From: an uncultured Chloroflexia bacterium
GTDB taxonomy: Bacteria > Chloroflexota > Limnocylindria > Limnocylindrales > CSP1-4
NCBI GenBank assembly: GCA_963713975.1
Contig: OY970218.1
Location: 2,016,001 to 2,080,000 of the forward strand
Direction of reading: 5' to 3'
Length of the DNA: 64,000 nt
Shown: positions 46,155 through 55,632 of the stretch, piece by piece
Layout: each line of letters opens with the position of its first letter
How positions within the stretch are numbered: position 1 is the first letter of the stretch
Program-made: the position numbers and the translations under genes
The notes under the pieces: generated by a model
The model's database searches: none
Told to the model about the DNA's origin: nothing
What the model saw: the letters and a program-made list of their open reading frames with translations, nothing else

Positions 46155-47617
46155 CCGCAACCCCCATCGCAGCCGACTGGCTGGCGCGCTTCCTGGCCGA
46201 CTGGGTCCCCGGCACCGGCGAGGATCGCGAGATCCGCGAGCCCGCCACCGGGCTGCCATTGTTGACGGTCCCCCAGGCCACGCCGCAGGACGTCGCCCGT
46301 GCGGCCGCCGCGGCGGCCGCCGCCCAGCCGGCCTGGGCGGCCACCAGCTACGTGGAGCGGGCGAGGATCCTGCGACGCGCGGCGGACATCTACGAGGCGC
46401 ACCGCGAGGAGTTCGGCACCTGGACCCAGCGGGAGACCGGCGCGGTCCACGGCAAGATGCACCACGAGCAGAACTTCACCATCGCCGAGCTCCTCAACGC
46501 CTCGACCATGCCGTCCCAGCCCTACGGCTCCCTGGTGCCGTCCGTGCAGCCGGGACGGCTGTCGATGGTGCGACGCGTGCCCGTCGGCGTCGTCGGCGCC
46601 ATCACGCCCTGGAACTCGCCCAGCGTGCTAGCGATGCGCGTGATCGCCCCCGCGCTTGCCCTCGGCAACGCCGTCGTCATCAAGCCCGACCCCCAGACGC
46701 CCGTGTGTGGTGGCGCGGTGTTCGCCGCGGTGTTTGCAGAGGCGGGCCTGCCGGAGGGGCTGCTCCAGGTCGTCGTCGGCGGCGCCGAGACCGGGGAGGC
46801 GATCGTCACCGACCCCAACGTAAACGTGGTCTCCTTCACCGGCTCCACTGCCGCGGGTCGCCGGGTTGGGGAGCTGGCGGGACGCCTGCTCAAGAAGGTC
46901 TCGCTTGAGCTCGGCGGCAACAACGCGTTCGTCGTGCTCGAGGACGCCGATCTGGACGCGGCCGCGTCCGCCGGCGCCTACGCCTCGTTCCAGTTCCAGG
47001 GCCAGGTCTGCTTTGCCGCCGGTCGCCACATCGTCCACCGCAGCGTGGCCGCGGACTACGTGGCGGCGCTGGCCGAGAAGGCGCGGCGTCTCCGGACGGG
47101 CGACCCATACCGTCAGGACGTGGACCTAGGCCCGATCGTCAACGAGAAGCAGCTCGCCCGCGTGGATGACATCGTGCGCCGGTCCATCGAGGGCGGCGCC
47201 AGGCTGGTCGAGGGCGGCACCCATGACGGCCTGTTCTACCGCCCGACCGTCCTCGCCGACGTGACGACCGATCTCGCGGCCTGGACCGACGAGGTCTTCG
47301 GGCCGGTGGCCCCGGTCGTCACCTTCGGGACCGACGAGGAGGCGCTTGCCCTGGCCAACGACAGCGAGTACGGGCTCGCCGGGGCGGTCTACACACGGTC
47401 GATCTCGCGAGGCCTCGCGCTCGCCCAGCAGATCCGCAGCGGCATGGTCCACGTCAACGACCAGACCGTGAACGACGAGGCGGTCATCCCGTTCGGCGGG
47501 ATGGGGGCCTCGGGCAACGGCAGCCGGTTCGGCGGGGCGGCGAACTGGGACGAGTTCACGCAGTGGCAGTGGGTCACGGTGCGGGACGAGCCCAAGTCGT
47601 TCCCGTTCCCGTACTGA
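46151..47617 (+). CDS. Aldehyde dehydrogenase (benzaldehyde dehydrogenase-like)
   Basis: ITPWN, KP...TP..GG, FTGST, LELGGNN, QGQVC, EVFGP and N.DEFT.W.W.T. Confidence 0.88.
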   Translation: MTATPIAADWLARFLADWVPGTGEDREIREPATGLPLLTVPQATPQDVARAAAAAAAAQPAWAATSYVERARILRRAADIYEAHREEFGTWTQRETGAVHGKMHHEQNFTIAELLNASTMPSQPYGSLVPSVQPGRLSMVRRVPVGVVGAITPWNSPSVLAMRVIAPALALGNAVVIKPDPQTPVCGGAVFAAVFAEAGLPEGLLQVVVGGAETGEAIVTDPNVNVVSFTGSTAAGRRVGELAGRLLKKVSLELGGNNAFVVLEDADLDAAASAGAYASFQFQGQVCFAAGRHIVHRSVAADYVAALAEKARRLRTGDPYRQDVDLGPIVNEKQLARVDDIVRRSIEGGARLVEGGTHDGLFYRPTVLADVTTDLAAWTDEVFGPVAPVVTFGTDEEALALANDSEYGLAGAVYTRSISRGLALAQQIRSGMVHVNDQTVNDEAVIPFGGMGASGNGSRFGGAANWDEFTQWQWVTVRDEPKSFPFPY

Positions 47618-47627
47618 GCGCAACGGC

Positions 47628-48716
47628 GTGTCGTCCATCACCGAGGTGGCCAGGCTGGCCGGCGTGTCCACGGCCACCGCGTCCCGTGTCGTGTCGGAGT
47701 CTGACTATCCGGTCAGCGCCCGGACGCGGGAGCGCGTGCTCGAGGCGGCCCGGATCCTGGACTATGTGCCCAACGCCCTCGCCCGGGGGCTGCTCACCCG
47801 CCGCGTTCCCGTGGTCGGCGTGATCGTCCACGACATCACCGACCCGTACTTCGCGGAGGTGGTCCGGGGCGTGGAGGACGCGGCGTCGCCGGCCGGCTAC
47901 CTCGTGATCACCTGCAGCTCGGATCGGGACCCGGGACGAGAGCGCTCGTATGTCCGTTTGCTGCGCTCGATGCGCGCCGCGGCCGTCATCTTCGCGGGCA
48001 GCGGCCTGGACGACCCGGACCTCAACGAGGAGATGGGCAGGCACATCGCCGCGATGACGGCGGACGGAGCGGCCGTGATCCACCTCTCGCCCCATGCCCA
48101 CGGCGAGCCCGAGGTGAGCGTGGACAACGCGGCCGGGATCGCCTCGATGGTGGCGGCGCTGGTCGCCCTCGGCCATCGACGGATCGCGTTCCTCGAGGGT
48201 CCGTCGACCCTGTTCGTCGCCCGTCGTCGCCTCGAGGGGTACCGGCGCGGCCTTGCCGACGCGGGGATCGGCTTCGACGAGCGGCTGGTCGTGAGCACGG
48301 GCTTCGACCGCGAGGCCGGTGCCGCCGGCGTGGACGCGCTCCTCGCAGGGGACGCGTCGTTCACCGCAATCTGCTGCGCCAACGACCTGCTGGCGCTCGG
48401 CGCGCTGGGACGCCTCGGCGAACTGGAGGTCGAGGTCCCGCGTGACATCTCGGTGGCCGGCTTCGACGACATCTCGACCGCGGCCCTGACCGCGCCCAGC
48501 CTCTCCACGGTCCACCTGCCCCTGCGCGAGATGGGCCGGCGCGGGTTCGAACAGGCCGACCGCCTGCTGAGCGGCGGACAGGCAGAACAGGAGCTGATGA
48601 CGACCGAGCTCGTGATGCGGGACTCGACGGGAGCCCCGCCCGCGATCGCCCTGCCCGACCAGTTGCGGGCCGCCGCAGCACCCACCACCACGATCGACAC
48701 GGGAGGACCCGCATGA
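47628..48716 (+). CDS. LacI-family transcriptional regulator
   Basis: EVARLAGVSTATASRV, YVPNALARGL and GFDD. Confidence 0.92.
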   Translation: MSSITEVARLAGVSTATASRVVSESDYPVSARTRERVLEAARILDYVPNALARGLLTRRVPVVGVIVHDITDPYFAEVVRGVEDAASPAGYLVITCSSDRDPGRERSYVRLLRSMRAAAVIFAGSGLDDPDLNEEMGRHIAAMTADGAAVIHLSPHAHGEPEVSVDNAAGIASMVAALVALGHRRIAFLEGPSTLFVARRRLEGYRRGLADAGIGFDERLVVSTGFDREAGAAGVDALLAGDASFTAICCANDLLALGALGRLGELEVEVPRDISVAGFDDISTAALTAPSLSTVHLPLREMGRRGFEQADRLLSGGQAEQELMTTELVMRDSTGAPPAIALPDQLRAAAAPTTTIDTGGPA

Positions 48717-49627
48717 GCCTCAACCTCCGGGGAATCGTCCCGGCCTGCGTCGTCACGTTCGATGCCGACGGCAAGTTCGACGAGCCCGCCTACCGGCGCT
48801 ACCTCCAATGGCTCCTGCCGCAGGGCCCGGTCGCGCTCGCCATCAACGCCGACACCGGCGAGGGCCCGCACCTGTGGCCCGAGGAGCGAGAGCGCGTCCT
48901 GCGGGTCGCCGTGGACGAGGCCGGGGACGTGCCCGTGGTCGCGGGCCTGTCGGCCTCGTTCACCGCCCAGGCCGTGGACGAGGCGAAACGGGCCGAGGCG
49001 GCGGGCGCCGCGGGGCTACTCGTGTTCCCGATCCCGGCCTACCAGGGCACGCCGCTCGACCCGGCGCTGCCGGTGGCCTACCACGAGGCGATCGCGCGCG
49101 GCTGCGGCCTGCCGCTGATCGCGTTCCAGCTCCAGCCCGCGCTGGGCGGCGTGATCTTCAGCGAGGAGACACTGACCCGGATCGCCGCCATCGACAGCGT
49201 CGTGGCGCTCAAGGAGGCGTCCTTCGACGCCCGGCTCTATCTCGCCACGCGGCGCATGATCGAGCGCCTGGAGCGGCCGATCGACCTGCTCACGGGCGAC
49301 GACAACTTCATCTACGAGTCGTTCCTGATGGGCGCCGAGGGAGCCCTCATCGGCTTCGGGACGCTGGCCACGGATCTCCAGGTGGAGATGTACGGGCTCA
49401 CCCGAGAGGGCCGCTGGGACGAGGCGCGGGCCATCTGGGAGCGGATCCTGCCGCTCGAGGAGGCCGTCTACGGGCAGCCGGTACGCGACTATCGCGCCCG
49501 GACCAAGGTCGCGCTCCGGCACCTGGGCGTGATCGAGAGCACCGTCATGCGGCCGCCGCTCCTGCCGGTCTCAGCGGCGGCCGAGGACGCGGTCGTCGCG
49601 GCGCTGGTCGCGGCGGGCCTCGCCTGA
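48713..49627 (+). CDS. DHDPS/NAL-family class I aldolase/dehydratase (non-canonical)
   Basis: DTGE, Schiff-base Lys in ALKEAS, TG.D, GA.G and terminal RPPL. Confidence 0.85.
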   Translation: MSLNLRGIVPACVVTFDADGKFDEPAYRRYLQWLLPQGPVALAINADTGEGPHLWPEERERVLRVAVDEAGDVPVVAGLSASFTAQAVDEAKRAEAAGAAGLLVFPIPAYQGTPLDPALPVAYHEAIARGCGLPLIAFQLQPALGGVIFSEETLTRIAAIDSVVALKEASFDARLYLATRRMIERLERPIDLLTGDDNFIYESFLMGAEGALIGFGTLATDLQVEMYGLTREGRWDEARAIWERILPLEEAVYGQPVRDYRARTKVALRHLGVIESTVMRPPLLPVSAAAEDAVVAALVAAGLA

Positions 49628-50439
49628 TGGGACAGGATCCGGCGCGCGGGAGCGGGGCACGGGCCGGTGGCGTGGTCCCTGCCGGTGGTGCGGCCCTCGC
49701 CGGACGGGTCGTGCTCGTCACCGGCAGCAGCCGCGGCATCGGTGCGGAGGTCGCCGTCAAGGCCGCCTCCGAGGGCGCGACCGTCGCCGTGCACTACCTG
49801 ACCTCGGCTTCCGGTGCCGAGCGCACCCTGGAGCGGGTTCGGGCAGCCGGGACGGACGGCGGGACCTTCCTCGCGGACCTCGGCGACGGCACACAGGCCG
49901 AGGAGCTGGTCGCGCGGGTGATCGAGCGCTTCGGGCGCTTGGACGCCCTGGTCAACAACGCCGGGCGGACCCTCGTCGGGCCGTTCCTCGAGATGGAGGC
50001 CGCCGCCTGGGACGAGGTCATCCGGACCGACCTGACGGCCGCCTTCCATACCTGCCGCGCCGTGCTGCCCTCGATGGTCGAGCGCGGGGACGGGACGATC
50101 GTCAACATCGCGTCCCGGCTCGGCCAGGTCGGCGTTGCCGAGACGGCCGCCTACAGCGCGGCCAAGGCGGGGCTGATCGGCCTGACCCGGGCCCTCGCCC
50201 GGGAGTTCGGACCGCGGGGGATCCGCGTCAACGCGGTCGCGCCGGGCATGACGCTCACGGAGATGACCACCGACCTCGCCGACAGCGAGGAGGGGAGCCG
50301 CCGCCTGCGGGACATGCCGCTGGGCAGGTTCGGGCGGGCGGAGGAGGTGGCCGACGCCGTCGTCTTCCTGCTCACCGACGCGTCGAGCCTGTTCCTGGGC
50401 CAGACGCTCAATCCCAACGGCGGGGGGTACATGGCGTGA
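49627..50439 (+). CDS. SDR oxidoreductase (FabG-like)
   Basis: TGSSRGIG, NNAG, YSAAK and VNAVAPG. Confidence 0.9.
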   Translation: MGQDPARGSGARAGGVVPAGGAALAGRVVLVTGSSRGIGAEVAVKAASEGATVAVHYLTSASGAERTLERVRAAGTDGGTFLADLGDGTQAEELVARVIERFGRLDALVNNAGRTLVGPFLEMEAAAWDEVIRTDLTAAFHTCRAVLPSMVERGDGTIVNIASRLGQVGVAETAAYSAAKAGLIGLTRALAREFGPRGIRVNAVAPGMTLTEMTTDLADSEEGSRRLRDMPLGRFGRAEEVADAVVFLLTDASSLFLGQTLNPNGGGYMA

Positions 50440-52007
50440 GCAAGGTGATCGACGTCCGCGAGGCCGTGGACCTCGTGCGCGACGGGGCGACGGTGGTCGT
50501 CGGCGGCTCCGGAGCGGGGCACGCGCTGCCGCAGCGGTTCATCGACGAGCTGGAAGCCGTGTTCACGGCCGAGGGCCGGCCGCGCGACCTGACCACGGTT
50601 CGCGTGGTGGGCATCGGCGACTTCGCCGATCGCGGGTTCTCGCAGCTGGGCCTGCCCGGGCTCATGCGCCGGACCATCGGCAGCAACATCGGCAACGAGC
50701 CGCGGCTGGGTGCCCTGGTCGAGGCGAACCAGCTGGAGTCGTACTCGTTCCCACAGGGGGTCCTCTCCCAGCTGATGCGCGAGATCGCGGCGGGGAGGCC
50801 CGGTCTCGTGACGTCGGTCGGCCTCGGGACCTACGTGGATCCTCGCCAGACCGGGGGCAAACAGAACGCCGTCACCACCGAGGACCTCGTGGAGGTCGTG
50901 ACCCTGCGGGACCGCGAGTGGCTGCTGTTCCATGCCTTTCCCATCGACGTCGCCGTCATCCGGGGGACCACCGCGGACGAGGACGGCAACATCACGATGG
51001 AGGGCGAGGCCGTCCAGGGCGAGATGCTGGCGATGGCGATGGCGGCTCGCAACAGCGGCGGGATCGTGATCGCCCAGGTCAAGCGGCTGGCCCGCCGGGG
51101 CAGCCTGTCGCTGCGCGACGTCAAGGTGCCGGCGGCGCTCGTGGACCACGTCTACGTGGACCCGGACCAGTGGCAGACGTACATCACGCAGGACTCGCCC
51201 TACTACTCGGGCGCCGTTCGCCGGCCGGTGACGAGCGAGCCGCCGCTACCGCTCGACGTGCGCAAGATCATCGCGCGGCGCTCGCTCCTGGAGTTCCGGC
51301 CGGGGGCCATCTGCAACCTGGGCTTCGGCATCAGCCAGCTGATCGGGCGCGTGGCCTGGGAGGAGGGGATCACCGATGCGCTGGTCCTCACCGTGGAGCA
51401 GGGCATCTTCGGCGGCGTCCCCGTGGCCGGCAACGAGGGCGGGGCCGGCTTCAACTACCAGGCGATGATCGACCAGCCCGACATGTTCGGGTTCTACGAC
51501 GGCGGCGGGCTGGACGTGGCCAGCCTGTCCTTCGCCGAGGTGGACGCCGAGGGCAACGTCAACGTCCATGCGTTTGAGGGTCGCGTCCGCGGCCCGGGCG
51601 GCTTCCCGAACATCAGCGCCCGGACGGGCAAGATCAACTTCGTCGGGACCCTGACGGCGCAGGGCCTGGAGCTCGCGATCGACGGCGACGGCGTGCGGGT
51701 CGTGCGGGAGGGGAGCCTGCCCAAGTTCGTCCCGGCCGTGCGTGAGGTCTCGTTCAGCGGGCACCTTGCGCGCCAGCGCGGCCAGGAGGTGCGCTACATC
51801 ACCGACCGCGCCGTGTTCGCCCTGGCCGACGACGGCCTGGTCCTGACCGAGGTCGCGCCCGGCATCGACGTGGATCGCGACGTGCTGGGGCAGATGGCCT
51901 TCCGGCCCCGGGTCGCCGGCGACCTCCGGCTGATGGACCGGCGGCTGTACGTGACGGGGCCGATGGGCCTGGCGGCCGACTTTGCCGCGGGCGGGTCCGG
52001 CTCGTGA
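50436..52007 (+). CDS. Family I acyl-CoA:carboxylate CoA-transferase (YdiF/Pct-like)
   Basis: VGLGTYVDPR, TTADEDGN, NLGFG, EQG catalytic Glu, GNVNV, GGF.NI and YITDRAVF. Confidence 0.9.
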   Translation: MSKVIDVREAVDLVRDGATVVVGGSGAGHALPQRFIDELEAVFTAEGRPRDLTTVRVVGIGDFADRGFSQLGLPGLMRRTIGSNIGNEPRLGALVEANQLESYSFPQGVLSQLMREIAAGRPGLVTSVGLGTYVDPRQTGGKQNAVTTEDLVEVVTLRDREWLLFHAFPIDVAVIRGTTADEDGNITMEGEAVQGEMLAMAMAARNSGGIVIAQVKRLARRGSLSLRDVKVPAALVDHVYVDPDQWQTYITQDSPYYSGAVRRPVTSEPPLPLDVRKIIARRSLLEFRPGAICNLGFGISQLIGRVAWEEGITDALVLTVEQGIFGGVPVAGNEGGAGFNYQAMIDQPDMFGFYDGGGLDVASLSFAEVDAEGNVNVHAFEGRVRGPGGFPNISARTGKINFVGTLTAQGLELAIDGDGVRVVREGSLPKFVPAVREVSFSGHLARQRGQEVRYITDRAVFALADDGLVLTEVAPGIDVDRDVLGQMAFRPRVAGDLRLMDRRLYVTGPMGLAADFAAGGSGS

Positions 52008-52035
52008 GCGGCCCCGGCAGCCCGGAGCCCGCCCG

Positions 52036-52815
52036 ATGAGCGGCCTCGTCGCCCTGACCTTGGGTCCCGTCGCGCACCTCGAGCTGGTCAACCCGCCGCT
52101 CAACCTGGTCACGCGCGAGCTCCTCGAGGAGCTCGGGGAGGCACTGTCCGTGCTGGAGGCCGCGCCTGCCGGTGACATCCGTGCCGTCGTGGTCTCCGGA
52201 CGTGGCGACCGGGCGTTCTCCGCCGGGTCCCACGTCGGCGAGTTCGCCGGGCAGCGCGGAAGCGCGGGCCGCGAGCGTCTCGCGCTGGAGGCGGACACCG
52301 TGCGGCGTCTCGCGGACCTGCCGATGCCCACGGTCGCCGCCATCGAGGGCAACGCGCTGGGCGGCGGCCTGGAGATCGCCCTGGCGTGCGACATCCGGGT
52401 CGCGTCCGAGCGGGCGAGGCTGGGCCTGCCGGAGGTCCGGCTCGCAGTGATCCCGGGCGCGGGGGGCACGCAGCGTCTGCCGCGCGTGGTCGGGGTCGCC
52501 CGCGCCAAGGAGCTGATCCTCACCGGCGCCGTCCTGGATGGCCTGGAGGCGGAACGGATCGGCCTCGTCAGCCGGGCAGTGCCGGCGGGCACGGCCAGGG
52601 CCGCGGCCCTCGAGATCGCCCGGGGGATCGCCGAGCACGGCCCCCTCGCGGTCCGCGAGGCCAAGCAGCTGGTCGACGCTGCCTGGGCGTCCGACCCCGG
52701 GACGGGCCTCGCCGCCGAGCTCGAGGCATCCGTCCGAATCTTCGCGAGCGAGGACATGGTCGAGGGGGCGGACGCCTTCCTCGCCAAGCGCTCACCCACC
52801 TATCGCGGCCGATGA
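52036..52815 (+). CDS. Enoyl-CoA hydratase/isomerase
   Basis: AFSAG, G.ALGGGLE.ALACD.R and PE..L..IPGAGGTQRLPR. Confidence 0.9.
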   Translation: MSGLVALTLGPVAHLELVNPPLNLVTRELLEELGEALSVLEAAPAGDIRAVVVSGRGDRAFSAGSHVGEFAGQRGSAGRERLALEADTVRRLADLPMPTVAAIEGNALGGGLEIALACDIRVASERARLGLPEVRLAVIPGAGGTQRLPRVVGVARAKELILTGAVLDGLEAERIGLVSRAVPAGTARAAALEIARGIAEHGPLAVREAKQLVDAAWASDPGTGLAAELEASVRIFASEDMVEGADAFLAKRSPTYRGR

Positions 52816-52846
52816 TCACGACCGCCCGCACGAGGAGCCATCGCCC

Positions 52847-53893
52847 ATGAGCAATGTCGGCCGGTTCGGCGTCTTCCTGCCCTCGTACATCTGGGAGGGC
52901 GACGGGCGCGAGCGCGCCCTGGGCATCAAGGCCTTCGCGCGGCGGGTCGAGGAGCTGGGCTTCGACAGCCTGTTCATCACCGACCACCTGCTGGCCGCCC
53001 GCCGGTTCTACTCGGTCAACTGGCTGGAGCCGCTGATGGCCCTGGGGGTCGCGGCCGGGGTAACCGAGCGAGTGCGCCTCGGGACGTCGATCCTGATCAT
53101 GCCCCTGCGCAACCCGGTCATCCTGGCCAAGGAGCTGGCGACCCTCCAGTTCCTGTCCGACAACCGGGTCATCCTCGGCGCGGGCGTCGGCTGGAACGAT
53201 GCCGAGTACGAGGCGGTGGGCGTCCACAAGTCGGAGCGCGGCAAGCGGACCGACGAGATGCTCGACATCATGATGCCGCTGCTCGAGGGGGAGACGGTCA
53301 CCCACCACGGCCAGTTCTACTCGATGGACGACGTGTTCATCGAGCCGCGGACGGCGCAGCGGCCGCTCCTCTGGATCGGCGGCGGGTCGCAGCTCGCCGA
53401 CCCGAAGTCGCCGGACGTGCCGAAGTTCGTCCAGTCCGTGAAGGACCGGACGGTCAAGGCCGACGGCTGGATCCCGCGCCCCACCTGCCCCCCGCAAGAC
53501 ATCGCCCGCGACTGGCAGGAGCTCCAGCTCGCGATGCGCGAGGCGGGTCGGAATCCGGCGGACACCCTCGTCGCCCACGAGAACTTCCTGCACCTCGTCA
53601 TGACCAACGACCGGGAGCGCGCCCGTGAGGAGCAGCACCGGACGTTCCTCAAGGTCATGAGCGGCGAGCGCGGGCCCGCGTACCTCGAGTCCGTCTACCT
53701 GTTCGGGACCCCGGACGAGATCATCGCGTCGCTCCAGGCTCGCGTGGACGCGGGCGTCGAGTACTTCTTCCTGCACACGATGACGCCGGATCCGGACCAG
53801 CTCCAGCTGTGGGTCGACAAGATCATCCCGAACGTCGTCTTCCCGCCGACCGCGGGCCCCGTGCGGCGCCCGCCGAGCCCCTGGCGGCGATGA
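52847..53893 (+). CDS. LLM-class flavin-dependent oxidoreductase
   Basis: GFDS..ITDH, EP...L, GTSIL..PLRNP..LAK..ATL, G.GW...E and DGW. Confidence 0.88.
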   Translation: MSNVGRFGVFLPSYIWEGDGRERALGIKAFARRVEELGFDSLFITDHLLAARRFYSVNWLEPLMALGVAAGVTERVRLGTSILIMPLRNPVILAKELATLQFLSDNRVILGAGVGWNDAEYEAVGVHKSERGKRTDEMLDIMMPLLEGETVTHHGQFYSMDDVFIEPRTAQRPLLWIGGGSQLADPKSPDVPKFVQSVKDRTVKADGWIPRPTCPPQDIARDWQELQLAMREAGRNPADTLVAHENFLHLVMTNDRERAREEQHRTFLKVMSGERGPAYLESVYLFGTPDEIIASLQARVDAGVEYFFLHTMTPDPDQLQLWVDKIIPNVVFPPTAGPVRRPPSPWRR

Positions 53894-54747
53894 CCCGCCG
53901 CGTTGGCCTCCTGGGCAAGCCGCTCCGGCGGCGGCACTCGCAGGTCATGCACGACGCAGCCTTTGACGCGGCCGGGATCGATGCCAGGTACGTGCTCCTG
54001 GAGCTGGACGAGGCCGCTGTCCCGGAGGCGGTGGCCGCTGCCCGCGGCCCGGACTGGCTGGGCCTGGGGGTCACGGCGCCGTACAAGCGGCTGGTGGCAG
54101 GCCTGTGCGACGCGGTGGACGCCGACGCCACCGCGATCGGTGCGGTCAACAACGTCGAGCGGACATCCGATGGACGCCTCGTGGGTTTCAACACCGACGC
54201 ACCCGGGTTCCGTGCGGGCGCCGAGCTCGCCATGGGCTGGCCACTGACCGGGGCCGAGATCGTGGTCTCGGGGGCCGGGGGGGCGGCACGTGCGGTCGTG
54301 TTCGCGTGCCTCCGCGCCGGCGCCAAACGCGTGACGGTCGGCAGCCGGGTGCTGACGTCCGCGGAGGCGCTCGCCGGGCAGTTCCACGGTGTCGGGCACG
54401 TGAAGGTCAAGGCCGTGACCCTGGGCGGCGCCGCCCACGCCAAGGCGCTCCGATCGGCGGACCTCGCCGTGAATGCGACCACCGTGGGCATGATCGACCC
54501 CGGGATGACGATGGACGTCAACCTGCTGCCGCCCGGCTCCACCGTGTTCGACCTCGTCTACGTCCCGGCCGAGACGCCGCTGCTCCGTGCCGCGCGCGCC
54601 CGCGGCCTCAAGGCGGCCAACGGATCCGAGATGCTGATCGCGCAGGCCGCCGCCGCCTTCGAGCGCTGGACCGGCGTCTCCGGCATGGCGGGCGTCATGC
54701 GCTCGGCCGTCGCACCGTTGCTCGCAGACGCCGGCTCGCCGGCCTGA
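53890..54747 (+). CDS. Shikimate dehydrogenase-family protein
   Basis: VTAPYK, GAVN, NTD..GF, GAGGAA, NAT.VGM, DLVY.P.ET and MLIAQA. Confidence 0.87.
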   Translation: MTRRVGLLGKPLRRRHSQVMHDAAFDAAGIDARYVLLELDEAAVPEAVAAARGPDWLGLGVTAPYKRLVAGLCDAVDADATAIGAVNNVERTSDGRLVGFNTDAPGFRAGAELAMGWPLTGAEIVVSGAGGAARAVVFACLRAGAKRVTVGSRVLTSAEALAGQFHGVGHVKVKAVTLGGAAHAKALRSADLAVNATTVGMIDPGMTMDVNLLPPGSTVFDLVYVPAETPLLRAARARGLKAANGSEMLIAQAAAAFERWTGVSGMAGVMRSAVAPLLADAGSPA

Positions 54748-54750
54748 CCG

Positions 54751-55632
54751 ATGCGCTTCGCGACGATCCTGGACGACGGGCCGCCGGTGGTCGCGGTGGT
54801 CCGCGATACCCGCTGCCTGCCTCTGCCACCGGGCGTGGCGGCGTCCGTCCGTGCCGTTGCGGGCGGGGGCGCCGCGGCCCTTGCGGCCATCACGGACTGG
54901 GCCGAAGGCCACCACGCAGCCGACTGGCGCGCGCTGGACGGGGTGAGGCTCGGGCCGGTTGTCCCGGACCCGGGGGCCATCTACACCATCGGGCTCAACT
55001 ACCGTGGGCCGGGAGATGCGCCGGGCGAGACCGAGGCCGCGTCCGCCGGTCCCGGCCGGCCGCTGGTCTACGGCAAGGCGGCGACCTCGGTGGCCGGACA
55101 CGGCTCGGTGCTGGCCTGGGACCGCTCCCTGACGGCCAACGTCGATGCCGAGGTCGAGTTGGCGGTGGTCATCGGGGAGCCCGTCTTCGCCGTCGCGCCC
55201 GCGGACGCCATGCGCCATGTGTTCGGGTACACGTGCATCAACGACGTGTCGTCGCGTGATCCCTGGCTGGATGGCGACCAGTGGCTGCTGGGCAAGTCGA
55301 TGCCGGGCTTCTGCCCCGTTGGCCCCTGGATCGTGACCAGTGACGAGATCGACCCCGCGGACCTCCGCCTGGGCTGCACGATCAACGGCGATCCCATCCA
55401 GGACGATCGCACGGCGCGGATGCGGTTCTCGGTCGCGGAGGTGATCTCGTACCTCAGCCACCACGCGTTGCTGCGCCCGGGCGATCTCATTGCCACCGGC
55501 ACGCCGGCGCGTCTCGCCGGGCCACCGGGACCTGACCGTCACCTCCGGCCCGGCGATGTCGTCACGACCTGGATCGAGCAGATCGGCGAGTTGACCATCA
55601 CCATCGGCGATGGCGAGGAGGGACCGCGATGA
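54751..55632 (+). CDS. Fumarylacetoacetate hydrolase (FAH)-family protein
   Basis: GLNY, D.EVEL.VVIG, NDVS.RD, GKS...FCP.GP and PGDLIATGTP. Confidence 0.9.
   Translation: MRFATILDDGPPVVAVVRDTRCLPLPPGVAASVRAVAGGGAAALAAITDWAEGHHAADWRALDGVRLGPVVPDPGAIYTIGLNYRGPGDAPGETEAASAGPGRPLVYGKAATSVAGHGSVLAWDRSLTANVDAEVELAVVIGEPVFAVAPADAMRHVFGYTCINDVSSRDPWLDGDQWLLGKSMPGFCPVGPWIVTSDEIDPADLRLGCTINGDPIQDDRTARMRFSVAEVISYLSHHALLRPGDLIATGTPARLAGPPGPDRHLRPGDVVTTWIEQIGELTITIGDGEEGPR

Noticed and set aside
48713-49627. dapA, and aroE at 27150/53890, as housekeeping biosynthetic genes
   Set aside because: Key motifs are altered and the context is catabolic, so no gene symbols were assigned.
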